Position numbers and translations under genes: made by a program. A stretch of 64,000 nucleotides of DNA from Malacoraja senta (taxonomy: Eukaryota), in NCBI GenBank assembly GCA_038087875.1, contig CM075981.1:6448001-6512000 (forward strand), written 5' to 3'. Positions 54,287-64,000 of this stretch are shown here, piece by piece. Every line of letters begins with the position of its first letter. The first letter of the stretch is position 1. A model generated the notes under the pieces. That model had not been told where the DNA came from and did not search any database. It was given only the letters and a program-made list of their open reading frames with translations.

Positions 54287-54564
54287 GCTGGGAAATGTAG
54301 TCCCGAGCCGCGCAGCCTCCCGACTAATATAACGCGGCACGGCCTGCTGGGAAATGTAGGCCGCTCAGTATTGTAGTCCCACGGTACACAAAAGTGCTGG
54401 AGAAACTCAGCGGGTGCAGCAGCATCTATGGAGCGAAGGAAATAGGCAACGTTTCGGGCCGAAACCCTTCTTCAGACATCCTATTGTAGTCCCACCACGC
54501 GCATACTGCCACATGACCCGCTGGGAAATGTAGGCGTAATTATGCCCCCTGGGCAATGTAGTCC
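54287..54564 (-). promoter_or_regulatory. Cluster of ACTACA(N)TCCCA motifs (ZNF143/Staf SBS, THAP11-HCFC1 type)
   Basis: Minus-strand GGACTACATTTCCCAGC at 54287-54303; CCTACATTTCCCAGC at 54346-54360 and 54520-54534; GGACTACATTGCCCAG at 54549-54564; half sites GGGACTACAA at 54371-54380 and 54484-54493. Confidence 0.8.
54447..54477 (-). ncRNA. Minimal type I hammerhead ribozyme motif (best-preserved copy)
   Basis: GU CUGAAGA A GGGU-UUCG-GCCC GAAA CG UU: both core boxes, 4-bp stem II with UUCG loop, palindromic ACGU in place of stem III. Confidence 0.65.
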
Positions 54565-54568
54565 ACAC

Positions 54569-54602
54569 CAAAGATACCAGAGGAGCTCCTCTAGTATCTT
54601 TG
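54569..54602. mobile_element. 34-bp palindromic micro-element with 8-bp TSD (hAT-like footprint or MITE)
   Basis: CAAAGATACCAGAGGAGCTCCTCTAGTATCTTTG flanked by GTCCACAC at 54561-54568 and 54603-54610. Confidence 0.7.
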
Positions 54603-54834
54603 GTCCACACGCTCCTCCTTCGGCCCGAAACGTTACCTATTTCCTTCGCTCCATAGATGCTGCTGCACCCGCTGAGTTTCTCCAGCATTTTTGTGTACCT
54701 TCGATTTTCCAGCATCTGCAGTTCCTTCTTTAATATTGCCAAGAATCAAGAGTGTTTTATTGTCATATGTCCCGAAACTGAACAAATGTAATTCTTACTT
54801 GCAGCAGCACAACAGTTAGATATATTGCTCTATC

Positions 54835-54978
54835 CCTGGCTTTACAATATAACTATATATATATATAGTTATATTGTAAAGCCAGGTTAAAATAGTTATT
54901 AAATAGTTACGTATATAAAACTATATTTATGTGTGTGTGTATATATATATACACACATATAAATATAGTTTTATATAC
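54835..54978. repeat. AT-rich palindromes (perfect 52 bp at 54835-54886; quasi-palindrome 54911-54978)
   Basis: CCTGGCTTTACAATATAACTATATAT followed by its exact reverse complement. Confidence 0.9.
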
Positions 54979-54993
54979 ATAACTAATAACTAT

Positions 54994-55163
54994 NNNNNNN
55001 NNNNNNNNNNNNNNNNNNNNNNNNNNNNNNNNNNNNNNNNNNNNNNNNNNNNNNNNNNNNNNNNNNNNNNNNNNNNNNNNNNNNNNNNNNNNNNNNNNNN
55101 NNNNNNNNNNNNNNNNNNNNNNNNNNNNNNNNNNNNNNNNNNNNNNNNNNNNNNNNNNNNNNN
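54994..55163. other. Assembly gap (170 N)
   Basis: Run of N. Confidence 1.
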
Positions 55164-55699
55164 ATATATATAAACCATATATATGAATAAATGGTTGAGT
55201 AGGCTTGGTGGGCCAAATGACATAATTCTGCTCCTATAGCTTACAAACATAAATATAACAATATATATCTAGGCCCTTCAACCTACCAAGTCCGCGCCAA
55301 ACAACGTTCCCTGCACAATCACAGTATCCTACACAGGCTAGGGACATTTTACATTTATACCAAGCCAATTAACCCACAAACCTGTACGTCTCTGGAGTGT
55401 GGGAGAAAACCCATGCAAGTCATGGGGGAGAGCATAGCCAAGATCGAACGCGGGTCTCCAGAGATGCTGCCTGACCCACTGAGTTACTCCAGCATTTTGT
55501 ATCTATACTTGGCTGAGCCCCGTTCTTAGGAGAGGGATATTGAGTTTCAAAGTGCCTGTCATTTTAACTCTCCATCCCAACCTGGCTCTGACCTATCTTC
55601 CTGCAACAGAAAGCTGAGCCACAGCACCTTACTTTTCAAATGGGCACACTGCAGCATTGCAGACTCAATGCATGTTTTTGGTGACTATTTCAGCTGACC

Positions 55700-56460
55700 A
55701 AAGGAACTGCAGATGATGGTTTAAACCGAACATAGGACACAAAATGCAGGAGTACCTCAGCGGGACAGGCCTTCCCTCCAGAGATGCTGCCAGCATCTGA
55801 GTTACTCCAGCATTTTGTGTCTATCTTTCAGCTGACCAGTCTAAAGAAAGGTCTTGACCTGCAACATCACCTAGTCCTTCTCTCCAGAGATGCTGTTTGA
55901 CCGACATTATACATTAAAGGGAAGTATATACAAGCCTTGATAAGGAATACAGGAATACAAAGGAGGGTCTCGACCCGAAACATCACCCATTCCTGCTATC
56001 CAGAGATGCTGCCTGTCCCGCTGAGTTACTCCAGATTTTTGTGTCTATCTTCGGTATAAACCAGAATCTGCGGTTCCTTCCTACACATTTTGTCTGCTCC
56101 ACTCCGAAATCTCCTCAAGACATGCCTACTTTGAAGAAGTTCTCCGCCTCTCTCCGACGAGAGTTCTGGAACATCCTCTCTCGCTGAACCCCTTCTGTGA
56201 TCCCTCCTGCTCTCTGGGTCTACTACCACGCTTTACCCCAGACTCGAGTCTGAAGAAGGGTCTTGACCAGAAACGTCACCTATTCTTTTTCTCCAGAGAT
56301 GCTGCCTGGCCCGCTGAGTTACTCCAGCATTTTGTGTCTACCTTTACCTACCTTCCAGATCTCAGACTTGAACAACATCTCAATGAAGCTCAACGTAAGA
56401 TTCAAAGAACGAGACCTTATCTTTCTCCCATGCACCCTACAATCCCCTCACCTGAACAAT
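55700..56460. mobile_element. Dense cluster of Penelope terminal repeats and C-terminal remnants
   Basis: At least five copies of GAGATGCTGCC...GAGTTACTCCAGCATTTTGTGTC; core GTCTGAAGAAGGGTCTTGACCAGAAACGTC at ~56248; remnant ERDLIFLPCTLQSPHLN. Confidence 0.78.
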
Positions 56461-57379
56461 GAAAGTTTGAATAAACTTTCAGGTGAAAGGTCATTGATCT
56501 AAAAAGTTGTTTCTTTTTACTTATCTTGCTGGATTTGCGGAGTATTCCCAGCAAATTTTATTTTTATTTCATGCGTTGCTTCTGTGTTTGTTAGATATTA
56601 GCAGCATTTACAGGATTTGCATGCGTCCAGCTATTTCTAAAGAGATAAACATTCTTTTCTTGCATACTGTCAAGGATGATCTTTCAAAATACTGGAAAAA
56701 TATTGTGTAGGTCTGCTGATAACAATGAAGTTACTGTATGTTCTAGTCTGACTCAAAGGAACGACAGTAGTGAATTGAATTATTCCCAGATCCATTGATT
56801 TAAAAAAAAAAAGTTTTAATGTTTTAATTAAATTTTTAGATGTTTTCATATTTTGGGTACTTAATTCTTCAATCTTGAAAATGATGAGGAGTTTTGGTGC
56901 ATAGCATAATGAGGAGGTGTGTCTGGAGGCAGCAAGACTGGTAGTCAGAGGGCAATATTGTAGAATATTGAAGTAAGAATGCAAGGGGAGAGATCAGGAC
57001 ATTTTTCACTAAATGATTTATGATCCAGAAAGCACAGTCTGGCTGGTTAAAAAAAATCTGACAGTAAAAGTTTGAAAGGTAAAGGGTGAAAACTTGAAAA
57101 GAGAAAATTTTGAAAGCCTTTCAGAAAAGGCCGGTGGGAAATGGGACTACTTTGGTTTAAAGCATTTCCATGGCTTTTTTTCCAGGAGAATTTACCAGAT
57201 TAGGTAAACCAGATTCACAAATTCAAAGGCTGGACTAGCAATTCAGTAAATGGAGTTCAAACCTAACTGAAGTGATATTGAAAATTAAATTTAATTAAGG
57301 AAATTAACCGATTCTGGAATTTTAAAAAGAAATGACTTCTGCAATGCTGACAAATTCTCCTGGAAAAAAATCTGTTTAT

Positions 57380-58055
57380 TTTTAGAGATACAGCATTGAA
57401 ACAGGCCCTTCAGCCCAATGAGTCAGCACTGGCCAGCGATCCCCATTCACTAGTTCTATCGTACAGACGTGGGACAATTTACAGAAGCCTACAAGCCTGA
57501 AAGTCTTTGGATCGTGGGAAGAAATCGGAACAACCAGAGAAAACCCACGCGGTCACACGGAGAACATACAAACTCCGTACAGACAGCACCCGTAGTCATA
57601 ATCAAATCCGGGTCACTGTCGCTGTGAGACAGCAATTCTACTGCTGCACCACCGTGCCACCCTAATGTCCTGATGTATTTTCAGAAGGGGATTCTACTGA
57701 CTCTACGCTGTGAGGCCAATATGTAACTTCAGTTCTATAGAGCGGCACAGTGGCACAACTGGTAGAGCTGTTGCCTCAATGTCAGCGACCCAAGTTCGAT
57801 CCTGACCTCAGGTACTATCTGTGTGGAATTTACACATTCTCCCTGTGACCACATGGGTTTCCTTCGGGTGCTCCGGTTTATCCCACATCACAAAGACGTG
57901 CGTTTTTGCAGGATAATTGGCCTGTGTAAATTGCCCCTAATTTTGAAGGGAGTGGATGCATAAGTGGGATAGCATAAAACTAGTGTGAATCTTATGATCG
58001 ATGGTCAGCGTGCTCTTGGAGGGTTGAAGAGCCTGTTTCCAGGTGTATCTGTAAA
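57380..58055. mobile_element. Divergent head-to-head V-SINE pair (minus ~57380-57662, plus ~57741-58055)
   Basis: Two copies of different subfamilies ~80 bp apart. Confidence 0.82.
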
Positions 58056-58242
58056 CTCATTTACAGTGATGTGGTCAACTCTTACATGTGTTACATAATG
58101 GTCTCGGTTATCCACCAAATGAAGGGCAAGCGAGGATGTGGGAACAAATGCTATTCTTGACAATTATTATGGAATACAAACAATTGCCCTAACACAACGA
58201 TCTGAATTCCCTCCATCCATGCAAAAGAACTTTAAAGTTGTG

Positions 58243-58700
58243 ACACAAGGAACTGCAGATGCTGGTTTACAAAAAGACACAAACTGCTGGAGTAACTCGG
58301 TGGATCATTCATCATGTGTAGGAAAGAACTGCAGATGTTAGTTTAAATTGAAGATGGACACAAAATGCTGGAGTAACTCAGCAGGACAGGCAGCATCTCT
58401 GGAGAGAAAGAATGGGTGACGTTGCGGATCCAGACCCTTCTTCAGACTCAATTCAGTCTGAAACGTCACCTATTCCTTCTCTCCATAGATGCTGCCTCTC
58501 CCACTGAGTTACTCCTGCATTTTGGATCATTCAGCATCACTGGAGAACATGAATGGATGTTTTGGGTTGGGACCCTTCTTCAGACTAATTGTGGTCGTGG
58601 AAAGAGAAAGCTGGAAGACAGATGAGAGCAGGACAAAGTCTGGTAAGTGATAGGTGGATACAGGTGAGAGGGGTGTTGACAAGCAGATGTGAGAAGAGTT
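58243..58700. mobile_element. Penelope terminal repeat with a younger fold-back copy nested in it
   Basis: TGGATCATTCA duplicated at 58301-58311 and 58523-58533 around the nested copy. Confidence 0.75.
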
Positions 58701-59127
58701 GCATAATGTGAAGTCTTTAAGCTTATCTGGCTGGATTTAAAGTTTGCAGGGAAGAATTGATGGAACTACGAATGACTGAGCACGTGATAATCCCAGAGCC
58801 CCCTCACAATAAATGTAATTTAACTTATTCATTTATCAAGAAACAATAGTTCTGAAAATGGCATTTCAGCTCCCTCACAGTTGACGAAAGCAAATAAATT
58901 AATCTTGGGACTGAGTGAATGGGAGCTCCATGGATTTTGTTTCAAAGTATAATTACAAGGGATGAGAGATTAAAACAAATTAATTATCGAACACATGTTC
59001 ATTTTTTTGCTGAGTTCTTTAAAACTGAACAAATCCAATTAATAATGGATTCCTCAGGTCAGGAGCCAGAGGGAAACGATATTCCTTTGTAAGGCATCTT
59101 TTGACATTTAAAACCATCATGTGAAAC

Positions 59128-60055
59128 AGGGTCCTCCTCCATTGCCAGAGTGAGACCACATGCAAACTGGAGAAACAGCACCTCATATTCCTCTTGGGTA
59201 GCTGCAGTTGTGGCGGCACGGTGGCGAAGCGGTAGAGTTGCTGCCTCACAGCGCCAGAGACCCGGGTTCGATCCTGTCTACGGGTGCTGTCTGCACAGAG
59301 TTTGTACGTTCTTCCTGTGACCACGTGGATTTTCTCCGGAGCTCCGTTTTTCTCCCACACTCCAAAGACGTACAGGTATATAGGTTCATTGGCTTTGGTA
59401 AAATTGTAAAATTGTAAATTGTCCTTTGTGTGTAGAATAGTGCGAGTGTTCGTGGTAATCGCATGTAGGCCGAAGAGCCTGTTTCCGTGCTGCATCTCTA
59501 AAAGTCAATAAAAGTTTAAAAGTCTAAAGCTTTTATTCAACAGTATGAACATTGAATTCTCCAATTTTAGTTAACCAACCAACAACATCCCCGCCTCCCT
59601 ACAAACCCTACCCCCCCTTCCCCACTTCCTTGTGCCCCACCTTAATGCACACCCGCTTCTCCCACGAACCCACCCTCTTCCCCTTTCCCCTGTCCCCTTC
59701 CACCTATATCCCTTCCACTGGCGCAACTACTCTCCTTATCTCACAGCCTTTTGTCTTCCTTTCATCTCTAACCTTTGTGCACCCATCAGCCAATGAAACA
59801 CCCTCTCACTTGTCTATCAAACTTGAATTTGGACACAACCTTCATTTTGGTGCAATATCCCATGCACTTAATAAAAGTGTTATTAAACAGAATTTGATAC
59901 TTGTCTGGCTTTGTCCTGCCCCCCACTTCTCTTCCAGCTTTCTCTCCCCTACTACAATTAATCAGAAGAAGGGTCTTGACCCAAATGGTTAGTTATCCAT
60001 GTCCTCCAAAGATGCTTCTTGACCCCCAGAGTTACTCCAGCACTTTCTGTCCTTT
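59128..60055 (+). mobile_element. Penelope-like element 3' end interrupted by a V-SINE (59209-59527)
   Basis: LLHCQSETTCKLEKQHLIFLLG | SINE | NSMNIEFSNFS*, C-rich 3' UTR, terminal repeat at ~59960-60055. Confidence 0.8.
59209..59527 (+). mobile_element. V-SINE (HE1-like) nested in a Penelope remnant
   Basis: Full head, V-domain and tail splitting a Penelope ORF remnant. Confidence 0.88.
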
Positions 60056-60484
60056 TTAGGGTCAAAGAATCTCCAATTGAAGTAAAGTCAACTAGGTCCT
60101 TAAATAATAAAAAAACAACTTGAATTTGGACAGCACCTCCATTTTGGTGCAATATCCTTTAATCTTCTTGCAACCATGTAGGAGGCACAGAGACTTAGGT
60201 TCAAAAGGTTAGTGAAAGAGGCAAATGTTAAGAGAGTCTTGAGAGTCAAGAGTGTTTTATTGTCATAAGTCCTGAACAAAACAATGAAATACTTGCAGCA
60301 GCACAACATATTACTCGGTAAAACCTATAATAAACAACAACAAAAGTTCAGTATATATAACAGAAAACAAACAGACAAATACAGTACATAGACAATAGTA
60401 CATAAAAAATAATGTTCACAGGTCTATGTAGAGAAAGATGAAGTCATGAAGGATGAGAGTTTTAATACTGATGTGCTACTTTTG

Positions 60485-60785
60485 TTTTAGTTTAGAGATA
60501 CCGTGCGGAAACAGGCCCTTCAGCTCACAGGGTCCAGGCTGACCAGTGATCCCTGCCTTCACCCACTAGGGACAATTTTTACATTTACTTTGCCAATTAA
60601 CCTACATACCTGTACGTCTTTGGAGTGTGGGAGGAAACCGAAGATCTCAGTGAAAACCCACGCAGGTCACGGGGAGAACATACAAACTCCGTACAGACAG
60701 CACCCATAGTCGGGATAGAACCCAGGTCTCCAGTGCTGTATTCACTGTAAGGCAGCAACTCTACCGCTGCGCCACCGTGCTGCCC
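60485..60785 (-). mobile_element. V-SINE (HE1-like)
   Basis: Reverse-complement copy, same subfamily as 24935-25235 (internal CATTCACTGTAAG). Confidence 0.87.
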
Positions 60786-60816
60786 TAAATGAAATGAAAG
60801 TCAGAGATCTGTCATT

Positions 60817-61003
60817 TTCTCTCTCTATCTTTCTCTTTTACGCTCTCTCCTTTTTCTAAACTCTCTCTTGCCCTCTTTCTCACTCTTTCTCTCTCTTGCT
60901 TTCATTGTCGCTCTCTTTCTCTCGCACGTTCTCTCTCTCACTCTCTCTTTTGTTTTCTCTGTCTCTCTCTCTTCCTCTCACTCTCTTTCTCTCCCTCGCT
61001 CAC
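60817..61003. repeat. Degenerate (CT)n microsatellite
   Basis: Polypyrimidine CT repeats. Confidence 0.85.
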
Positions 61004-61574
61004 ACAAATAGCTTTGGCCTCAAGACATTTTACCATGTTAAACGTAGGCTGAATTTGTTGTAGTAGCGCCCACAATAAGAAATGTTTGCCGACCATCCAT
61101 CTAGTAAAAGCATCCCTCTTGATTGTCCAACTATCCAGCTTGTCACCCTAATATTTGATTATGAGCAAGTCGAAGAGATATTAAATTCATGATGAATTTA
61201 AACCTAGTTACCAGAGTCTACCATGTCAAAAATTAAACCGACTTTTACCATTGAGACCCATCTGCATAAATGAAACCTGAAGGAGATAATGGAAAGAAAG
61301 AGAAACAGCACAACATAAATGCTGTTTATGTAAATACTCAGCTGGTCAGGCAGCCTGTTGAAAAATAAACAGACAAAATATTTCTGGTTGATAACCTTTC
61401 CACACCCATGTACCATTGATTTATTTCCAAGTAGAAATATGCACAAGACCCACGTGTCTCTTCATGACTTCCTGTTAGATTTGCTATAAAAATGTGGCTA
61501 TATGGATTAATGGCAAAAGTTCCCAAAGCAATATTCAGAGAACAGGGCAATTCCTCCCGTGTCTTTACCAGTAT

Positions 61575-61845
61575 TTATACCTGAATCGAACTCCTGCTGA
61601 GTTTCAGTTTGTATCATTCGTTATCACCTTCCCCACAGCCAATAATGGACCATTGTGGGCTCCACCTTTCCTTGATCCACCGTTGCTTTTTGCATATCTT
61701 TCATTCATGTGTTCTATGTACCTTTCATATCTCTCGTTTCTCCCCTCCCCTGACTCTCAGTCTGAAGAAGGGTCTCGACCTGAAGAGTTACCTGTTCCTT
61801 TTCTCCAGAAATGCTGCCTGACCCGCTGAGTTACTCCTGCTTTCC
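61575..61845 (+). mobile_element. Penelope 3' UTR plus terminal repeat
   Basis: CTGACTCTCAGTCTGAAGAAGGGTCTCGACCTGAAGAGTTACC... Confidence 0.78.
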
Positions 61846-62254
61846 GTATCTTCCATCAACAAAATAAATGGTTTCAGTTCCCTTTCTCATTGCTGGGTGT
61901 GGACAAATTACTTTCATTGTTCCCTAAAGCAATGACTAAATTCTTCAATAAAAACGTATTGCAGTAAAGCAAGCAAGTTTTAAATGTTTTTTTAAATCTC
62001 AATCGTCATTTTCCATTCCACAAGATAACCAAGTGCAAATCCTAAAATAAAATCAATCTGAAGCAGTGGGCCCGACCCGAAACATCGTCTGTCCATTCCC
62101 TCCACAGATGTTGCCTGCCTGACCCGCTGAGTTCCTCCAACACCTTGGTTTTTTTTGCTCAAAATTCCAGCATCTGCAGTTCCTTGTGTCTACAAATCCT
62201 GAAATGATAGCTTGCACAAGGGAATTCAATATTGTCCTGTCAATATCAATTCCG

Positions 62255-62640
62255 TCGGTCGACAGGACCGGGAACTCACTCAAAGGCTCGTCGGAGCCCG
62301 TCCAAAGGCTCGTTGGTCGGCGAGACCAGAAGGGAGCTGGAGACATCAGACGCGAGGAGCAAGGGCCGGTAGAAGGATGAACCAGGGTAATGCCTCCAGC
62401 ACCTTCAAGGTCGGCTGTAGGAGGCGCCCTCAGGACACATTACTGGGCGAGGAGAGGAGAGGAGAGGGACGTCGGTTCGTGGGAACGTCTCCACTACATC
62501 GGACGCGTGGACCGACCGGACTTTGGACTTTGAATGGACCTTGGACTTTGACTTTGGCAAAAATGGCAGCTCCTGCATGGGTAAACTATGCAAACAAGTA
62601 TTTCACTGTGGAGTTGCATATGTGACAAATAACGTACCTT
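62255..62640 (+). mobile_element. CpG-rich short element with Rex1-like 3' tail
   Basis: GC/CpG-rich body, GGACTTTG repeats, tail ATTTCACTGTG...ATGTGACAAATAA similar to Rex1 tails. Confidence 0.45.
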
Positions 62641-63017
62641 TGAACGATCATGAAATTGTCTCAGTTGTCAGAAGTTTGACTGGTTCAACCTATGATTCTC
62701 AAAGAAGCAAATGAATAACCATCAGAGAAAGGAAATTGTTATCCTTACCTGATCCGATCCAACTTTCAATATCTTCAGAGCCATAAGAACATTAGATTGC
62801 CGATCATTTCTCAGATGAAAGTAGGAAATGAAATAGCAAATTACAGAGTTTCTGGCTATGATTTATGCTCCCATTGAATCCCAGATTAGTACAGCATAGA
62901 AAGAGGCCTTTCAGTCCATCGTGTATTTTCTGGCTCTTTCAAAAATGTATTCGAACTTCTCCCATAACTGGACCTTTTTATTCTTTTTTACAATTTATCA
63001 GATTCCGTTTTGAAAGT

Positions 63018-63318
63018 TGGCAGCACCGTGGCACAGCTGCTGGAGCCTGGGTTCGATGCTGACCACAAATGCTGTCTGTGTGGGGTTTGCACGTTCTCCC
63101 TGTGACCCCGTGGGTTTCCTCCAGGTGCTCCGGTTTCCTCCCATATTCCTCGGACTTGCGGTTTTGCAGTCTAACTGGCCTATGTAAATTGCCCTACTGT
63201 GAAGGGAGTGGATTAGTAAGTGGGATAATATAGAACTAGTGTGAATGGTCGACGTGGACTTGATGGGCCGATGGGCCAGTTCCCATGCTGTATCTTTAAA
63301 TCTTTAAACTAAACTAAA
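63018..63318 (+). mobile_element. V-SINE (HE1-like)
   Basis: B-box GGTTCGATGC, V-domain, tail CTTTAAACTAAACTAAA. Confidence 0.82.
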
Positions 63319-63709
63319 GTTGCTGTTGAATCTTTATCCATGTGCAGTGCATTTTAAATGCTTTTCACTCAGTTGGTTCTTTCTGAAGAAGGGTCTGAAG
63401 AAGGGAGCTGAACTCAAAGTCACAATTTCCTTCTTTCCAGAGACGCTGCATGTCCCGCTAAGTTACTCCAGCATTTTGTGTCTATCTTTGGTCCTTTCTC
63501 TAATTGTTTTAAAGCTGGAATGAGTTATCAACCTTTCCTTTTTGCTTTATCTACCTTGAGTGAACATCATTGTTTTGAATCTGTCTTTTATAATGCAAAA
63601 TCAACAACCTTGACCCACCATTTTATCCATGTAAATATAATCCTTCCTGGCCTGAACCATATGAGAACCTCTTGTCTCTATCATCTCCGAAGTTCTATCT
63701 TCCAAGAGT

Positions 63710-64000
63710 TTCTTCTTCTTAGGCCCCCTTCGGTCATGGCTGACCATGGGTGTCCCCAGGGTGTGCCTGTTTAACGTGGGGAGACGGGTGCACAGACAGC
63801 CACCCCACGGTCCATGACAGATCTGGGTCAGGATCCAGTGGCATGGAGTCCAAGACGACCTGCAGCCTTCATCCACCTTCCCAGCCGTTGTGACGCTCCA
63901 CTAAGGTCAGCCATCATCCTCCGCCTGTTCCACCGTTGAGGTCTTGGTTGGATTGCTCTTTGTCAGAGACCTCCCCCTCGACCATACCGCCATGGGTGGC
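63710..64000 (-). mobile_element. RTE-related non-autonomous element with (AAG)n tail, running off the window
   Basis: Minus strand ends ...GGGGCCTAAGAAGAAGAAA; 5' part CACCCATGGCGGTATGGTCGAGGGGGAGGTCTCTGACAAAGAGC resembles RTE/Expander 5' UTRs; no ORF. Confidence 0.5.

Larger units (their letters stand above)
53860..54620. promoter_or_regulatory. CpG island spanning DSTYK exon 1 and promoter
   Basis: Very high GC and CpG density compared with the CpG-depleted rest of the window; GC-box-like CCGCCC tracts at 54190-54250. Confidence 0.9.
54383..54731. mobile_element. Two young inverted Penelope terminal-repeat copies within the DSTYK promoter
   Basis: 54383-54463 and 54619-54699 are reverse complements (2 mismatches in 81 bp); first copy flanked by TATTGTAGTCCCAC at 54369-54382 and 54482-54495. 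Confidence 0.85.

Noticed and set aside
53446-54376. Long plus-strand ORFs (284 and 274 aa, Pro/His/Thr-rich)
   Set aside because: Produced by a stop-poor C-rich low-complexity tract and the antisense of GC-rich exon 1; no domain signal.
55460-56340. Regularly recurring short repeat resembling a CRISPR-like array
   Set aside because: Eukaryotic context, irregular spacing and mixed orientation; these are clustered Penelope terminal-repeat copies.
54800-64000. Possible divergent neighbouring gene upstream of DSTYK
   Set aside because: All ORFs here trace to SINE, LINE or Penelope sequence; no coding exon recognised.

Overview
Vertebrate genomic DNA, most likely a cartilaginous fish (skate/ray-like). 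This is inferred from HE1-type V-SINEs with CR1/HER1-like tails. The window holds one protein-coding gene, DSTYK (dual serine/threonine and tyrosine protein kinase), on the minus strand. It has 13 coding exons from ~54131 to the stop at 3117, all introns GT-AG with consistent phases, encoding ~941 aa. As assembled, exon 1 is 1 nt out of frame with its likely ATG. The CpG-island promoter (~53.9-54.6 kb) carries a cluster of ACTACA-nn-TCCCA (ZNF143/THAP11-type) motifs. Introns and the upstream flank are dense with transposon relics: V-SINEs; CR1, Rex1/Babar, RTE and Vingi-like LINE fragments; a deleted Tc1 element; and Harbinger-like and hAT-like non-autonomous elements. The most striking non-genic signal is a very abundant ~100-140 nt repeat that is the terminal repeat of a Penelope-like (GIY-YIG) retroelement. 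It carries a minimal hammerhead ribozyme core (CTGAAGA-A-GGGT-NNNN-RCCC-GAAA-CG-TH). It often inserts as fold-back pairs with 11-16 bp target duplications, nests into itself, and has invaded the DSTYK promoter. A 170-N assembly gap sits beside AT-rich palindromes at ~55 kb. Repeat coordinates are approximate and family names come from motif recognition, not database searches.
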